A stretch of DNA of 59,737 nucleotides from a virus: positions 1 to 59,737 of the IMG/VR virus record IMGVR_UViG_3300018411_000028; one strand, written 5' to 3'. Each line of letters begins with the position of its first letter. The first letter of the stretch is position 1. Shown piece after piece: positions 43,264 through 51,826 of this stretch. A program made the position numbers and the translations under genes. The notes under the pieces are model-generated. The model had not been told where the DNA came from. It ran no database searches and was given only the letters and a program-made list of their open reading frames with translations.

Positions 43264-44874
43264 TTACTCTACTACTGCCTCAATAAACCAACTTCTGAAA
43301 TACTCTCTGTGTTTCCTATAAAACACTATCCATTCTGGTTCTGTAATTATCGTATTTGTGGTTTTCTTATCATTCCGGTTAACTCGCCCATACTGTTGCA
43401 TAACTTCATTTGCAGCTTCTACATACTCCCATTCTTTACCCTGATACTTCCACTTTGCTCTGGTCAGATGATCTGTGGGATTCTGTCTCTTAACATATGT
43501 AATTACATTATTTAGTATGTCATTCTCAGGTAAATCAATACCTCTCCCCATGTTAACAGCTATTAAGATCTGTGTTTTATTTCTTGCTCTTTTAAACCTA
43601 TCTATTGCGTCACCTCTTAGGACTGCGCCTTCAATACTTGCCATAGTGCTTTCTCTCGATTGCACTATGGGTTTTACCTTGCCGTGACTTACTCTGTATA
43701 TTTCAGACCCTAGCCTTTCTGCAATTGAGTAAGAGGGCACATGCACAATAGTCTTGCCTGGCAGAAGAATGTCTGAAGGTTCGCTTAACATTTTAGCCAG
43801 CTTTGGTATTGTCTCATCTCTGTTTTTCATGGTTAAGGACCCTACAGGAATAAACTTAAAGGGTCTTACTTCCTTTGGAAACGGGCTTTTAACCTCTATA
43901 AACTCCCACCCTTCAAGCTTTTGAGGGGTTGCACTCATAAGGACAACTATTCTATTTTCTGTGTCAAGTGCTTCGTCTAAGAACCTTTCAATTGAAACAG
44001 GTTCAAAAGGTGTTGTTTTACCGTTATCATCTGACACTATGTACTTATTTCCTTCTTTTATGTCGGTAAGCAACCTCTCTATTCTATCAATCTTATCGGT
44101 AAGTCCTCTTCTATGTTTGATATTTTCTAATGTTTTATCTAAGCTTTCAAGCTCATAAGTGTAAGCTTCTTTCTTATCCTGCAGGCACATTTCATAATCT
44201 GCAAAATCGTTAAAATGCCAGTAATCATCTATTATTAATTTCCTGAACATCCTAATAAATGGTTCCATGTAATCACACTCATCCACAATAACAACTTCAG
44301 GAGAGTTTGTTACACCCATTTGCAATAAGGTAAAATTACTGTTACCTATCATATGTCTTTTGTAAGCCCCAAACGCTTGTTTATAACTGCAATACTTACA
44401 TGGGCAAGCATCTGCGTCAGGTCTACTGCAATTATCACATTCGCGTTCATCAAACATTTTTAATTTATTCTTTGAGTCCATTGCCTCTTTATAACTCATT
44501 GTGCAAATGCCTGCAGCACAGAAACCATTGTCACAGGAAACCTTTTCCCTTTTTACTGCTCTCATTGCAGCACATTCATAATGTTTCTTGCCAGTGAGGG
44601 ATAAAAGAGGAAATTTACTGTCTGCCTCAAACTCTTTGTACTGGTCCACAAGAGTATTGAGAGGTGATGTGATAAGAGTAGGCAACCCCTTAAACGCTGC
44701 CAGGTTAGCCATGGCTTTTGCAATACCAGACTTTCCGGCACCAGTGGGAGCACAAATAATAAATTTACGTTTTCCCTCAAACAGTTTTTGCTCAAACCAC
44801 TCTAAAACCTCAATCTGTTGAGGTCTTGGAGTGTTTATTTTTGCTGTCTGTGGGAAGTAGTTTAAAATTGTCAT
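43264..44874 (-). CDS. XPD/Rad3/DinG-like SF2 helicase with Fe-S cluster-type cysteines
   Basis: Walker A CAPTGAGKSG, Walker B VIVDECD, motif VI QQYGRVNR. A Cys cluster lies between Walker A and B (CDNGFCAAGIC ... CDNC...CPCKYC). Confidence 0.85.
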   Translation of the reverse strand: MTILNYFPQTAKINTPRPQQIEVLEWFEQKLFEGKRKFIICAPTGAGKSGIAKAMANLAAFKGLPTLITSPLNTLVDQYKEFEADSKFPLLSLTGKKHYECAAMRAVKREKVSCDNGFCAAGICTMSYKEAMDSKNKLKMFDERECDNCSRPDADACPCKYCSYKQAFGAYKRHMIGNSNFTLLQMGVTNSPEVVIVDECDYMEPFIRMFRKLIIDDYWHFNDFADYEMCLQDKKEAYTYELESLDKTLENIKHRRGLTDKIDRIERLLTDIKEGNKYIVSDDNGKTTPFEPVSIERFLDEALDTENRIVVLMSATPQKLEGWEFIEVKSPFPKEVRPFKFIPVGSLTMKNRDETIPKLAKMLSEPSDILLPGKTIVHVPSYSIAERLGSEIYRVSHGKVKPIVQSRESTMASIEGAVLRGDAIDRFKRARNKTQILIAVNMGRGIDLPENDILNNVITYVKRQNPTDHLTRAKWKYQGKEWEYVEAANEVMQQYGRVNRNDKKTTNTIITEPEWIVFYRKHREYFRSWFIEAVVE

Positions 44875-45092
44875 TATCGCATCTCTGAGAACATTTCCTC
44901 ATACTTTTTGTATTCTTCTTCCATACGCTTTAAAAACTTTTTCTTTGAGGTTAGGCTTGACTCTAAAATATTAAGTTTAGCTGTATCATCATCTGAATGA
45001 AAAAGCAAGTTATTTAGAGATGTTATATCTTTCTGAAGACCTGTAATCTCTTTTTTAATTGCTATTATATCTCTCTGTCTAACGAATCCCAT
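44874..45092 (-). CDS. Small coiled-coil protein (72 aa)
   Basis: GGTGGTATAA-ATG start. Its stop overlaps the helicase start by 1 nt. Confidence 0.6.
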   Translation of the reverse strand: MGFVRQRDIIAIKKEITGLQKDITSLNNLLFHSDDDTAKLNILESSLTSKKKFLKRMEEEYKKYEEMFSEMR

Positions 45093-45160
45093 TTATACCA
45101 CCTTATAATACTTATTACATTATCAGTAACGGAAATTTAAATTTAGAGGTGAGTAAACCT

Positions 45161-46078
45161 CTAACACACAACTGTTTGAATAAGTAATGTCACAAAATAC
45201 CCTAGTATAGTACAAGAGCACAGTGCAGGCAGAGCCGGAAGTCCACCTTCGTGTTTTGTCATCCAATATACTAAAGCAACTACACCAAGCATTGTTCCAG
45301 TTATTGTCCCAACTGCAAGATATAAGCCACCTGACACATATGCCCCAACCACTAGCAATGTTGGAAATATTGCATCCCCAAAACCCATAAATCCACATCC
45401 ATTATGATCTTCACTCGTTGGATTATCAAATACATAGGAGTATTTCAAACTATGTGGAATAATAAACATTAACGGTAATTTTAAATCAAGAGCACACTCA
45501 GCCAGTTTCAGCATATGCTTAGACAAGAATACAGCAACCAAGTCATATATTGCAAATGCAAGCATTAAAACTATTATAACATTTATTGAAAGAATCCCTC
45601 CTATAATCGCCACTACAGATGCACAGATGCCAATCCCAACAATATTGACAATATACCACTCTGGATATACCCACAGACATACCATTAATACGCCACAAAA
45701 TGCTATTATATAATCTGCTATAACTGGATCGGATAAATTAAACATCAGCAGTATAGATTCAGTTATTAATACAGTGTTACTGAAAATTGATAAAAATATA
45801 AACCCTTTTACTATTACCCATAGTTTCAGTTTAATTATCAATAATATTATAAATGTCTCTACAATTACAATAATCAACATGTGTGCAACATTACCCATAC
45901 TGTTAGAGTCAACTGGACTGGTATCTACTATAAATTCTACTAATGAATTGGATTCATCACCTGGTCCAAATGTAGATAATACACCAATTGAAAGAAACTG
46001 AACAGATAAAATTATAAGCGCAGTAGGTAAACAGTTTTTTATAAAACTAACATAGTTGTATTTTTCTAATTCTGTCAT
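45161..46078 (-). CDS. Presenilin / signal-peptide-peptidase-like (GxGD, family A22) intramembrane aspartyl protease
   Basis: GGTGGTATAA-ATG start. Polytopic membrane protein with all three signature motifs in order: LAFAIYDLVAVFLSKHMLKLAE (YD), GFMGFGDAIFPTLLV (GxGD), GGLPALPAL (PAL). Confidence 0.8.
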   Translation of the reverse strand: MTELEKYNYVSFIKNCLPTALIILSVQFLSIGVLSTFGPGDESNSLVEFIVDTSPVDSNSMGNVAHMLIIVIVETFIILLIIKLKLWVIVKGFIFLSIFSNTVLITESILLMFNLSDPVIADYIIAFCGVLMVCLWVYPEWYIVNIVGIGICASVVAIIGGILSINVIIVLMLAFAIYDLVAVFLSKHMLKLAECALDLKLPLMFIIPHSLKYSYVFDNPTSEDHNGCGFMGFGDAIFPTLLVVGAYVSGGLYLAVGTITGTMLGVVALVYWMTKHEGGLPALPALCSCTILGYFVTLLIQTVVC

Positions 46079-46096
46079 TTATACCACCACTAAAAT

Positions 46097-46342
46097 TTAA
46101 TAATCACAAGAAACAAAATCAAAGTCTTCTTCTTCATCTGCAACTTTCAGCACACAGGGCTCTGGAAGTTCTCTGTACTGCTGGACCAGCCAGGCTACGG
46201 GAATTAATGTCACCAGTGCAAGAATTACAGGTAGGTTGCACAGGTATAATACTGTTTCAACTACAATACCTGCAATCGTAATGCCTATGATTACATTAGG
46301 AATATTTTCTCTATTCAGTTTCCCTTTTACTGTAAAATTCAT
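46097..46342 (-). CDS. Membrane protein (81 aa)
   Basis: GGTGAT RBS. Two hydrophobic helices and an acidic tail. Confidence 0.6.
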   Translation of the reverse strand: MNFTVKGKLNRENIPNVIIGITIAGIVVETVLYLCNLPVILALVTLIPVAWLVQQYRELPEPCVLKVADEEEDFDFVSCDY

Positions 46343-46620
46343 TTCAAATCACCACTTTTAAAATTCTGTTCTAACCTATAAAGTTTAGACTTTTTCCACT
46401 CAGCTATGTTATCTTTTCCCATTACTAACTTCATACGATCAAGCATTATCTCAACGTCTGCCATTTCTTCACAAATATGCTCATAAGTGGTAGGTGTGGG
46501 GTCTACCTTCCATTTTAATGCAGCTTGCCCCAACTCACAGCACTCTTCAGCTAGTTTATCAGTTGAGGCTTTAATTCCAAGTTTTTCTAGTACTGCTAAA
46601 TGTAATTCTATCTCTTCCAT
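46339..46620 (-). CDS. MazG-like nucleoside triphosphate pyrophosphohydrolase
   Basis: LAEECCELGQAALKW and CEEMADVEIMLD match the EExxE...ExxD MazG pattern in a 93-aa all-helical protein. Confidence 0.7.
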   Translation of the reverse strand: MEEIELHLAVLEKLGIKASTDKLAEECCELGQAALKWKVDPTPTTYEHICEEMADVEIMLDRMKLVMGKDNIAEWKKSKLYRLEQNFKSGDLK

Positions 46621-46622
46621 CC

Positions 46623-46760
46623 TTACCCCTGCTTCCCATGCTCACAAGAATCATTATACAGCACCCTCTTATTGAAATTTGGGGATACTCTCAACCTACA
46701 AACAAAGACGACACCTTCAGAACATCGAAAAGCTTTAAAACACTTTGCACAGTTACACAT
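46623..46760 (-). CDS. Small Cys-rich protein (45 aa)
   Basis: GGTGGTATAAA-ATG start. MCNCAKCFKAFRCSEGVVFVC. Confidence 0.45.
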   Translation of the reverse strand: MCNCAKCFKAFRCSEGVVFVCRLRVSPNFNKRVLYNDSCEHGKQG

Positions 46761-46932
46761 TTTATACCACCTCATTTTAACTTAACTTACATCCTTACCT
46801 ATGATTCATAACTATATAAAGTTATTGCTTGAGAATCAAACATAATTAAAAATTTATTTTAGGCTGTCATTTGTAATGATAGGCTCTATATAAAGAACCA
46901 TTCATTACAAACGAAGGCTATTTAAGGAATAA

Positions 46933-47178
46933 TCATTTCTCTAATCCTATTTCATAATCCCAAACACAAGCACCATAACCCATTTTAAACACAAAAGGTA
47001 AAAGTTTTTGAAGATCTTTATTATCCTCTGCCAACTTTTTTATTTGCTCTAGCTTTTTCTCTGTATGTTCACTGAATTTCCCGCCTGTTATATACACCAT
47101 AAAACTATCTTCTAACAGCCCGTCTGTATCAGTAAATGGGTCATTCTTGCTTGGAAAGTGTTTATTTATAGACTCCAC
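46933..47178 (-). CDS. Hypothetical protein (81 aa)
   Basis: Track ORF in the operon, directly downstream of nrdD. Confidence 0.5.
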   Translation of the reverse strand: MESINKHFPSKNDPFTDTDGLLEDSFMVYITGGKFSEHTEKKLEQIKKLAEDNKDLQKLLPFVFKMGYGACVWDYEIGLEK

Positions 47179-47187
47179 TATATCACC

Positions 47188-49908
47188 TCAAATCTCCACT
47201 CTTTTTCTGTCCTTAAGCTCCTGTCTCTTTCCTGCGTTCCAGCCTTCTACAGCCTGCAGATACCCAGTAATCCTTGACAAATGCTGCACTTTATCAGACC
47301 CACATTTAGGACATTTATCATGCAACCCACTACTTACAGATCCTTCTGCTGTGCAAACTGTCATGTCCCGTGTGAAGGCGAAGTACCCAACCTGCGTATT
47401 TTTTGCCAACTGCATTGCAAACTCCATGAGCCCTGCAGGGTTTGAGCTGCCCTCACCTAGCCAGATATGAAGGATGTTCCCACCATCTACCACAGGGAAG
47501 AAGGTGTGTTCATAATTAATTCTCTCAGGCAGTGTTATGTTTGCGTTAACTGCTACGTGCGTACCGTTTGTGTAATAAATTGGCAGGTCCTTTGTCTTGC
47601 CGATCTGCTGTAAGGCTGCTTCAAGATCCCCTTTTATTACAGTTGCCGCTTTATCCCTGTACTCTTCGTGCAGTAGGTCACTAACTGCAAATCTCTGTGC
47701 TGTTGTCTCTGCAGGTGTACGCGCCAGGGCAATTGTTATACCGTTTTCTTTTGAGAGCTTCTGTGCATAGAGTTTCATCTCAAGCATTGCTCTGATTGCA
47801 AGTTTATAGGCTTCTTTACTTTCATGTATTTGTTTGCCTGTGTGGTACTGTACCATTTCGTTAATTCCTATTACTCCAATTGTGTACACAAGGCTATCAA
47901 AGTCCACTGCCATTGAACCTATTTCTCCAGTGTTAGGATCTCTAGGACGCTGTGAAGCGAAAGGTATTCTACCCTTTGCAATTAGGTTATTCATCCAAGA
48001 ACGCTTAACCTTGAAGATCTCAATGGCGTTATCCATGAGAGTTTTTAACCCTTTGAATAATTTCTCATCGTTGTGTTCTGCGTCATATGCTACTCTAGGA
48101 CAGTTTAAGGACATTACCATCCAGGACCCCATGGAGAAATGAGATCCGTTTCTGAAGTACATTTTATCCTCAAATTCCAAATCGGAGGTAGGATCTGCCG
48201 AGAATTGGTAAGCACAGCATTGATAGCAACTTATCCCGCCTTTTGAGCTTCTATACTCCGGCAACTGATTGTCAAAGTAGGGAGTTCCAAATTTGGCAGC
48301 TAGTTCAAATGCCTTAAGATACAGATCATGGTAACTTAGCATGTTAGGATTATTCCTATTAAACTCTTCGTCCTCCTGCATAAAGTCAGCTTCCATTGAT
48401 ATTTCAGGCTTCGGGAAGCTAAAGGGTTTACCTATTGCGTCACCTTCTATCATTACATCCATGAGAGCTTTAAAGCCTAGTCTTACTTCTCTTTCAAATT
48501 CTCCGTAGGTTCTGAGAGGTGCGTTAACACCATCAAATACTTTACCCATTGCGACTACTGGCTTGTCTTTCCAAAGGTTGTTTACTCCTGGCGTGAGCTG
48601 CACAGAGCTAAATACTGTATTGTGTGCTACAATACCGTTTGCAAGTACAAAGTTCTCGTTGTCCTGTACGCTTACATCATAAACATACTCAGGCATATTA
48701 ACTTCTGTTATGCGTGCAACACTGGACATTTCAATTTCGGACTGAATCTTAGACGAATCCCAGCGAACCATGAAATGTGCTGTAACGATTTTATCAGGGT
48801 GTGATGCTGGTGAAATTTCCACAATTGTGCTGTCATCTGTTAAGGTGAAAAGACTGTGGTCAGACGTAGTTACTACACTTCTACCATCAACTAGGGTGGT
48901 TTTTACAGTTTTTGACGCTGGAGCATGTCTGTGAACTGCTGTAAGTGGTTTCCACTCAACAGAGTGTGTTTTTTTGTTAAGAGAAAGTATTTCAGTCCCA
49001 TCAGACACTTTTTTACTCCCAGTATAAACAGTGTATTGACTACATAACTCCCCGATTTGTACCCTACTCACAACACCGCGTCTTCGAATTACAAGACACT
49101 CTTCATAAGCAAGGCTTTGACCGCCTCTTGCACACATCATCTGCATCATTTCATAGACAAACATCTGCATTAACTGTTTAATTTCTTTTTCTGTTTTTCC
49201 TTCAAAATAAGGGGCAAGAAACGTTAAAAAGTTGTACAGACCTTGTCCTCCAGCAAAATTTGTCTGCGCTGCACCAAGTAACTTGACTAAATGAAGTATT
49301 GCAACTTCAGCCTTTAATGAAGGCTTCGCTATACTCGACTGTGTCCCTACTCCGTCAGGCATAAGCCCATAGTAAAAACAGTATCGTGCGTCCCAATCTT
49401 GGCAAAACGGGCGAGTTCCAAAGTATTCTAAATCATGAATGTACTGTGTACCCGATAAGTGCAGATTAGCCAGCTTTTCAGGCATAAGCAAAAGGTTTTG
49501 CTCTTTGCTCATCTTATCAGCTTTTCTTTTGTGTGAAGTTTCCGCGTTATTCAACTGGTTTGCGTTATCGTTAGCTTCAAAACCATACCCTGAGTCAATC
49601 TCGTAAGCGTCATACACAGAGGCTCCTACCCTAGTCATAATGTTACGCCATTCTGCCTTACCTTCTTCAAGCAGTACAGAGTTTACTACCTCTCGAATAA
49701 GAGGACCTGAAACCTGCCTAATGTTAAGCTTAAGTATAAGATCCTCTGCTTTCTGTGCAACTGCCTGAGCTTCAGCTATAGTTGCCGCAGGCTTGTTATA
49801 GAAGTTTACGCTTAATTTAGTTTCCTTTACGATTTGCTTTACGATTACTTCTCTGTCCCATGGCATTATATAGCCGTCTGTATTTTTTACTGTAATATTA
49901 TTAATCAT
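47188..49908 (-). CDS. nrdD: Anaerobic (class III) ribonucleoside-triphosphate reductase, intein-containing
   Basis: N-terminal ATP-cone (ITVKNTDGYIMPWDREVIVKQIVKE). C-terminal Zn site CTAEG...CPKCGS and glycyl-radical motif SRITGYL. A Hint-type insertion interrupts ARGGQ / TVFSSVQL. Confidence 0.95.
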   Translation of the reverse strand: MINNITVKNTDGYIMPWDREVIVKQIVKETKLSVNFYNKPAATIAEAQAVAQKAEDLILKLNIRQVSGPLIREVVNSVLLEEGKAEWRNIMTRVGASVYDAYEIDSGYGFEANDNANQLNNAETSHKRKADKMSKEQNLLLMPEKLANLHLSGTQYIHDLEYFGTRPFCQDWDARYCFYYGLMPDGVGTQSSIAKPSLKAEVAILHLVKLLGAAQTNFAGGQGLYNFLTFLAPYFEGKTEKEIKQLMQMFVYEMMQMMCARGGQSLAYEECLVIRRRGVVSRVQIGELCSQYTVYTGSKKVSDGTEILSLNKKTHSVEWKPLTAVHRHAPASKTVKTTLVDGRSVVTTSDHSLFTLTDDSTIVEISPASHPDKIVTAHFMVRWDSSKIQSEIEMSSVARITEVNMPEYVYDVSVQDNENFVLANGIVAHNTVFSSVQLTPGVNNLWKDKPVVAMGKVFDGVNAPLRTYGEFEREVRLGFKALMDVMIEGDAIGKPFSFPKPEISMEADFMQEDEEFNRNNPNMLSYHDLYLKAFELAAKFGTPYFDNQLPEYRSSKGGISCYQCCAYQFSADPTSDLEFEDKMYFRNGSHFSMGSWMVMSLNCPRVAYDAEHNDEKLFKGLKTLMDNAIEIFKVKRSWMNNLIAKGRIPFASQRPRDPNTGEIGSMAVDFDSLVYTIGVIGINEMVQYHTGKQIHESKEAYKLAIRAMLEMKLYAQKLSKENGITIALARTPAETTAQRFAVSDLLHEEYRDKAATVIKGDLEAALQQIGKTKDLPIYYTNGTHVAVNANITLPERINYEHTFFPVVDGGNILHIWLGEGSSNPAGLMEFAMQLAKNTQVGYFAFTRDMTVCTAEGSVSSGLHDKCPKCGSDKVQHLSRITGYLQAVEGWNAGKRQELKDRKRVEI
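48619..49116 (-). mobile_element. Mini-intein (about 160-166 aa, no endonuclease domain) inside nrdD
   Basis: Starts SLAYEECLVIRRRG (compare the classic CLSYETEIL-type block A) or at Cys 6 residues later (49098). Ends VLANGIVAHN followed by Thr (+1). Removing it restores ARGGQ-TVFSS. Confidence 0.8.
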
Positions 49909-50045
49909 TATAACAGCCTCTGTTTATTTTTAATCTCATACTCAAGTTCATTTACTGTTACTTTAATATCGTCTATACTTATTCCACACTGAAGCATTAA
50001 TTTATAGATTACATTTTTAGCATAATTCTTTGTTGAAGCGTACAT
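49908..50045 (-). CDS. Small protein (45 aa)
   Basis: TAATG overlaps at both ends couple it to the TS-fold gene and nrdD. Confidence 0.45.
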   Translation of the reverse strand: MYASTKNYAKNVIYKLMLQCGISIDDIKVTVNELEYEIKNKQRLL

Positions 50046-50668
50046 TAAACCCTCTCCCACATATCGAATTTATCAGCATCACCCATTTTCAAATGAGCAT
50101 TAATAACATACCTGCAGTACTTCCCTATACCCCTTCCAAGTCTAAAAGCAAAATATCTTTGCAGTTGCCGGAATCCAAAGTCATCTGAAGGACTTGCCTG
50201 CCCACAGTCATTACTTCTAAAGATAGTAGTCATGCAGACTAAGCCATCTATAATTTCAATCTGCAGACCTACACAGCAGGGTACTTCTTTTGTGGACCCT
50301 ACGTGTTCAGGACGGAATAAAGGAATATATGCTCTCCTGGTGTTAGGGTTCTGTCGAAGTACTCTAATAGTTTTTTCTATGAGTCTATCCATCCACATTA
50401 ACCAACCATAACCATAATCGAAGCCAAGTCCTCTAAGCATGGCATGAGAAGAATAAACAAGACCTGCTGCAAAGTCATTATCCAATATTTCTGTTGTCTC
50501 TCCCATGGGTACATGGCTAAGGTCTGCCGAGTCACAAATGAAGTGTATATTATGGCAAAATATGCATGAATCGCCATTCTGATCTTTAGTAAGCTCTCCG
50601 TTCTGCCTAATGTATTTCACACCTGCAGAGTGAATACCCTTCAAAGTTTTTTCTACTATTTCAGTCAT
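50045..50668 (-). CDS. Thymidylate-synthase-fold pyrimidine C5 transferase with Asp at the base-specificity position (candidate dCMP methylase/hydroxymethylase)
   Basis: NPNTRRAYIPLF and PCCVGLQIEIIDGLVCMTTIFRSNDCGQASPSDDF align without gaps to the ThyA segments DPDSRRIIVSAW and [34 protein letters not shown]. The Cys nucleophile, RS and D are conserved. The Asn177 equivalent is Asp. Confidence 0.75.
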   Translation of the reverse strand: MTEIVEKTLKGIHSAGVKYIRQNGELTKDQNGDSCIFCHNIHFICDSADLSHVPMGETTEILDNDFAAGLVYSSHAMLRGLGFDYGYGWLMWMDRLIEKTIRVLRQNPNTRRAYIPLFRPEHVGSTKEVPCCVGLQIEIIDGLVCMTTIFRSNDCGQASPSDDFGFRQLQRYFAFRLGRGIGKYCRYVINAHLKMGDADKFDMWERV

Positions 50669-51266
50669 TTGAACACCTTGCAGTAATAATACTTACTATT
50701 TCGTCAGCAACTTCTTCAATAGATCTGTTAGCGTTTATCTCAACGTATTTAGGATTACCTTTATTTTCTTCAAGAAGTCTTTTGTACCCACGTACAATTT
50801 TCTCGTTATTATCGTACTTCTCACCATCTGTGGTAAATGGTGTACCTGTAAACACAAACACTAAGTCAGGCTGAACAAGCATTGAGTTCATCTCGTCAAT
50901 CCACTCTCTAGGAAGCCCGTCACTTTCGCCATAAATTGTGCCACTGTCAACATACCTATCAATAATTAAGTGACCCTGCATAGGTGTTAAAAGCCTGTCA
51001 ATTATATTAAGTGCCTGGAACCCTGCAGGCTCAAAGGGTCTTTTCCCTTGCAAAATCTCTCTTAATACTTTACCAGAGTAAAGATTAGGATTTGGAAATT
51101 TCATGTACTGAAAGTTTAACTGTTTGCACACAACTTCTGCAACTGTTGTTTTTCCTAAATTATCCGATCCCTCAAACACCACAAAGAAGTTTTCACTGCC
51201 CATATGCAAAAGTTTCTTCATCTGAAGTACCTCTTCAGTAACATAAGCCTCTTTTATAGTAAACAT
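50661..51266 (-). CDS. tmk: Thymidylate-kinase-family dNMP kinase
   Basis: P-loop FEGSDNLGKTT, DRY-type IIDRYVDSGTIYG. 8-nt overlap with the TS-fold gene. Confidence 0.85.
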   Translation of the reverse strand: MFTIKEAYVTEEVLQMKKLLHMGSENFFVVFEGSDNLGKTTVAEVVCKQLNFQYMKFPNPNLYSGKVLREILQGKRPFEPAGFQALNIIDRLLTPMQGHLIIDRYVDSGTIYGESDGLPREWIDEMNSMLVQPDLVFVFTGTPFTTDGEKYDNNEKIVRGYKRLLEENKGNPKYVEINANRSIEEVADEIVSIITARCSND

Positions 51267-51626
51267 TTAAACCGCCTCTGGGATGCCATTCTCAGCATAG
51301 TAAATTTTTAATCCTTTTTCTTCACCATAAGAACGTTCTAGTACAGCACCTTTTGACTGCTCCCACCCAGGCAACATAAATAGTGCGTCACCTTCTGCAG
51401 GACTCATTCTGTCAATAAATGCTAGATCTCCTGCCATCCAAACCTCCCAAGGTAAATCAGTGTGTTGAAAACCTTGTGTGTTTTTATGAGGACAAATAGC
51501 AGCCCACCCTTTTTCCCATGCCTCAAGAGCATATTTAGAGGCTGTTAAAACGTTCTGCTCTACCCCGTGTAGATTGTCGCTAGAGCTGTACTTACCTGAT
51601 ATGTATAATATTGGCATTCTTTTCAT
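51267..51626 (-). CDS. DUF4406 / nucleoside 2-deoxyribosyltransferase-like protein
   Basis: GGTGGTATAA-ATG start. ILYISGKYS...ICPH...GDLAFIDRM...DALFMLPGWEQSKGAVLE fits the DUF4406 pattern (iYiaGp...nP...D...cdai..l.gWe.S.Ga..E). Confidence 0.6.
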   Translation of the reverse strand: MKRMPILYISGKYSSSDNLHGVEQNVLTASKYALEAWEKGWAAICPHKNTQGFQHTDLPWEVWMAGDLAFIDRMSPAEGDALFMLPGWEQSKGAVLERSYGEEKGLKIYYAENGIPEAV

Positions 51627-51826
51627 TTATACCACCTCAACATAAATTTTACACAGCAGAAAGGACATTTGATAAACCCTGCTCCTATAGCTGTTTTCCT
51701 GAACTCACCACCACATGCCGGACAGGTTATAAGTTTGTAAATTTTATCACCTAGACTACTATACAGTGAAAGTATATAACATTTTTGGCTAAGTTTGTGA
51801 CTGTTTAAAAATTAGAGTTTAGAGGG

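Noticed and set aside
45123-45398. 91-aa minus-strand ORF overlapping the presenilin-like gene
   Set aside because: It is an out-of-frame overlap with a gene that has strong motif support.
50045-50668. Calling this gene simply thymidylate synthase (thyA)
   Set aside because: The fold and catalytic Cys fit, but the uracil-specifying Asn position aligns with Asp. A plain ThyA label is therefore not justified without further analysis.
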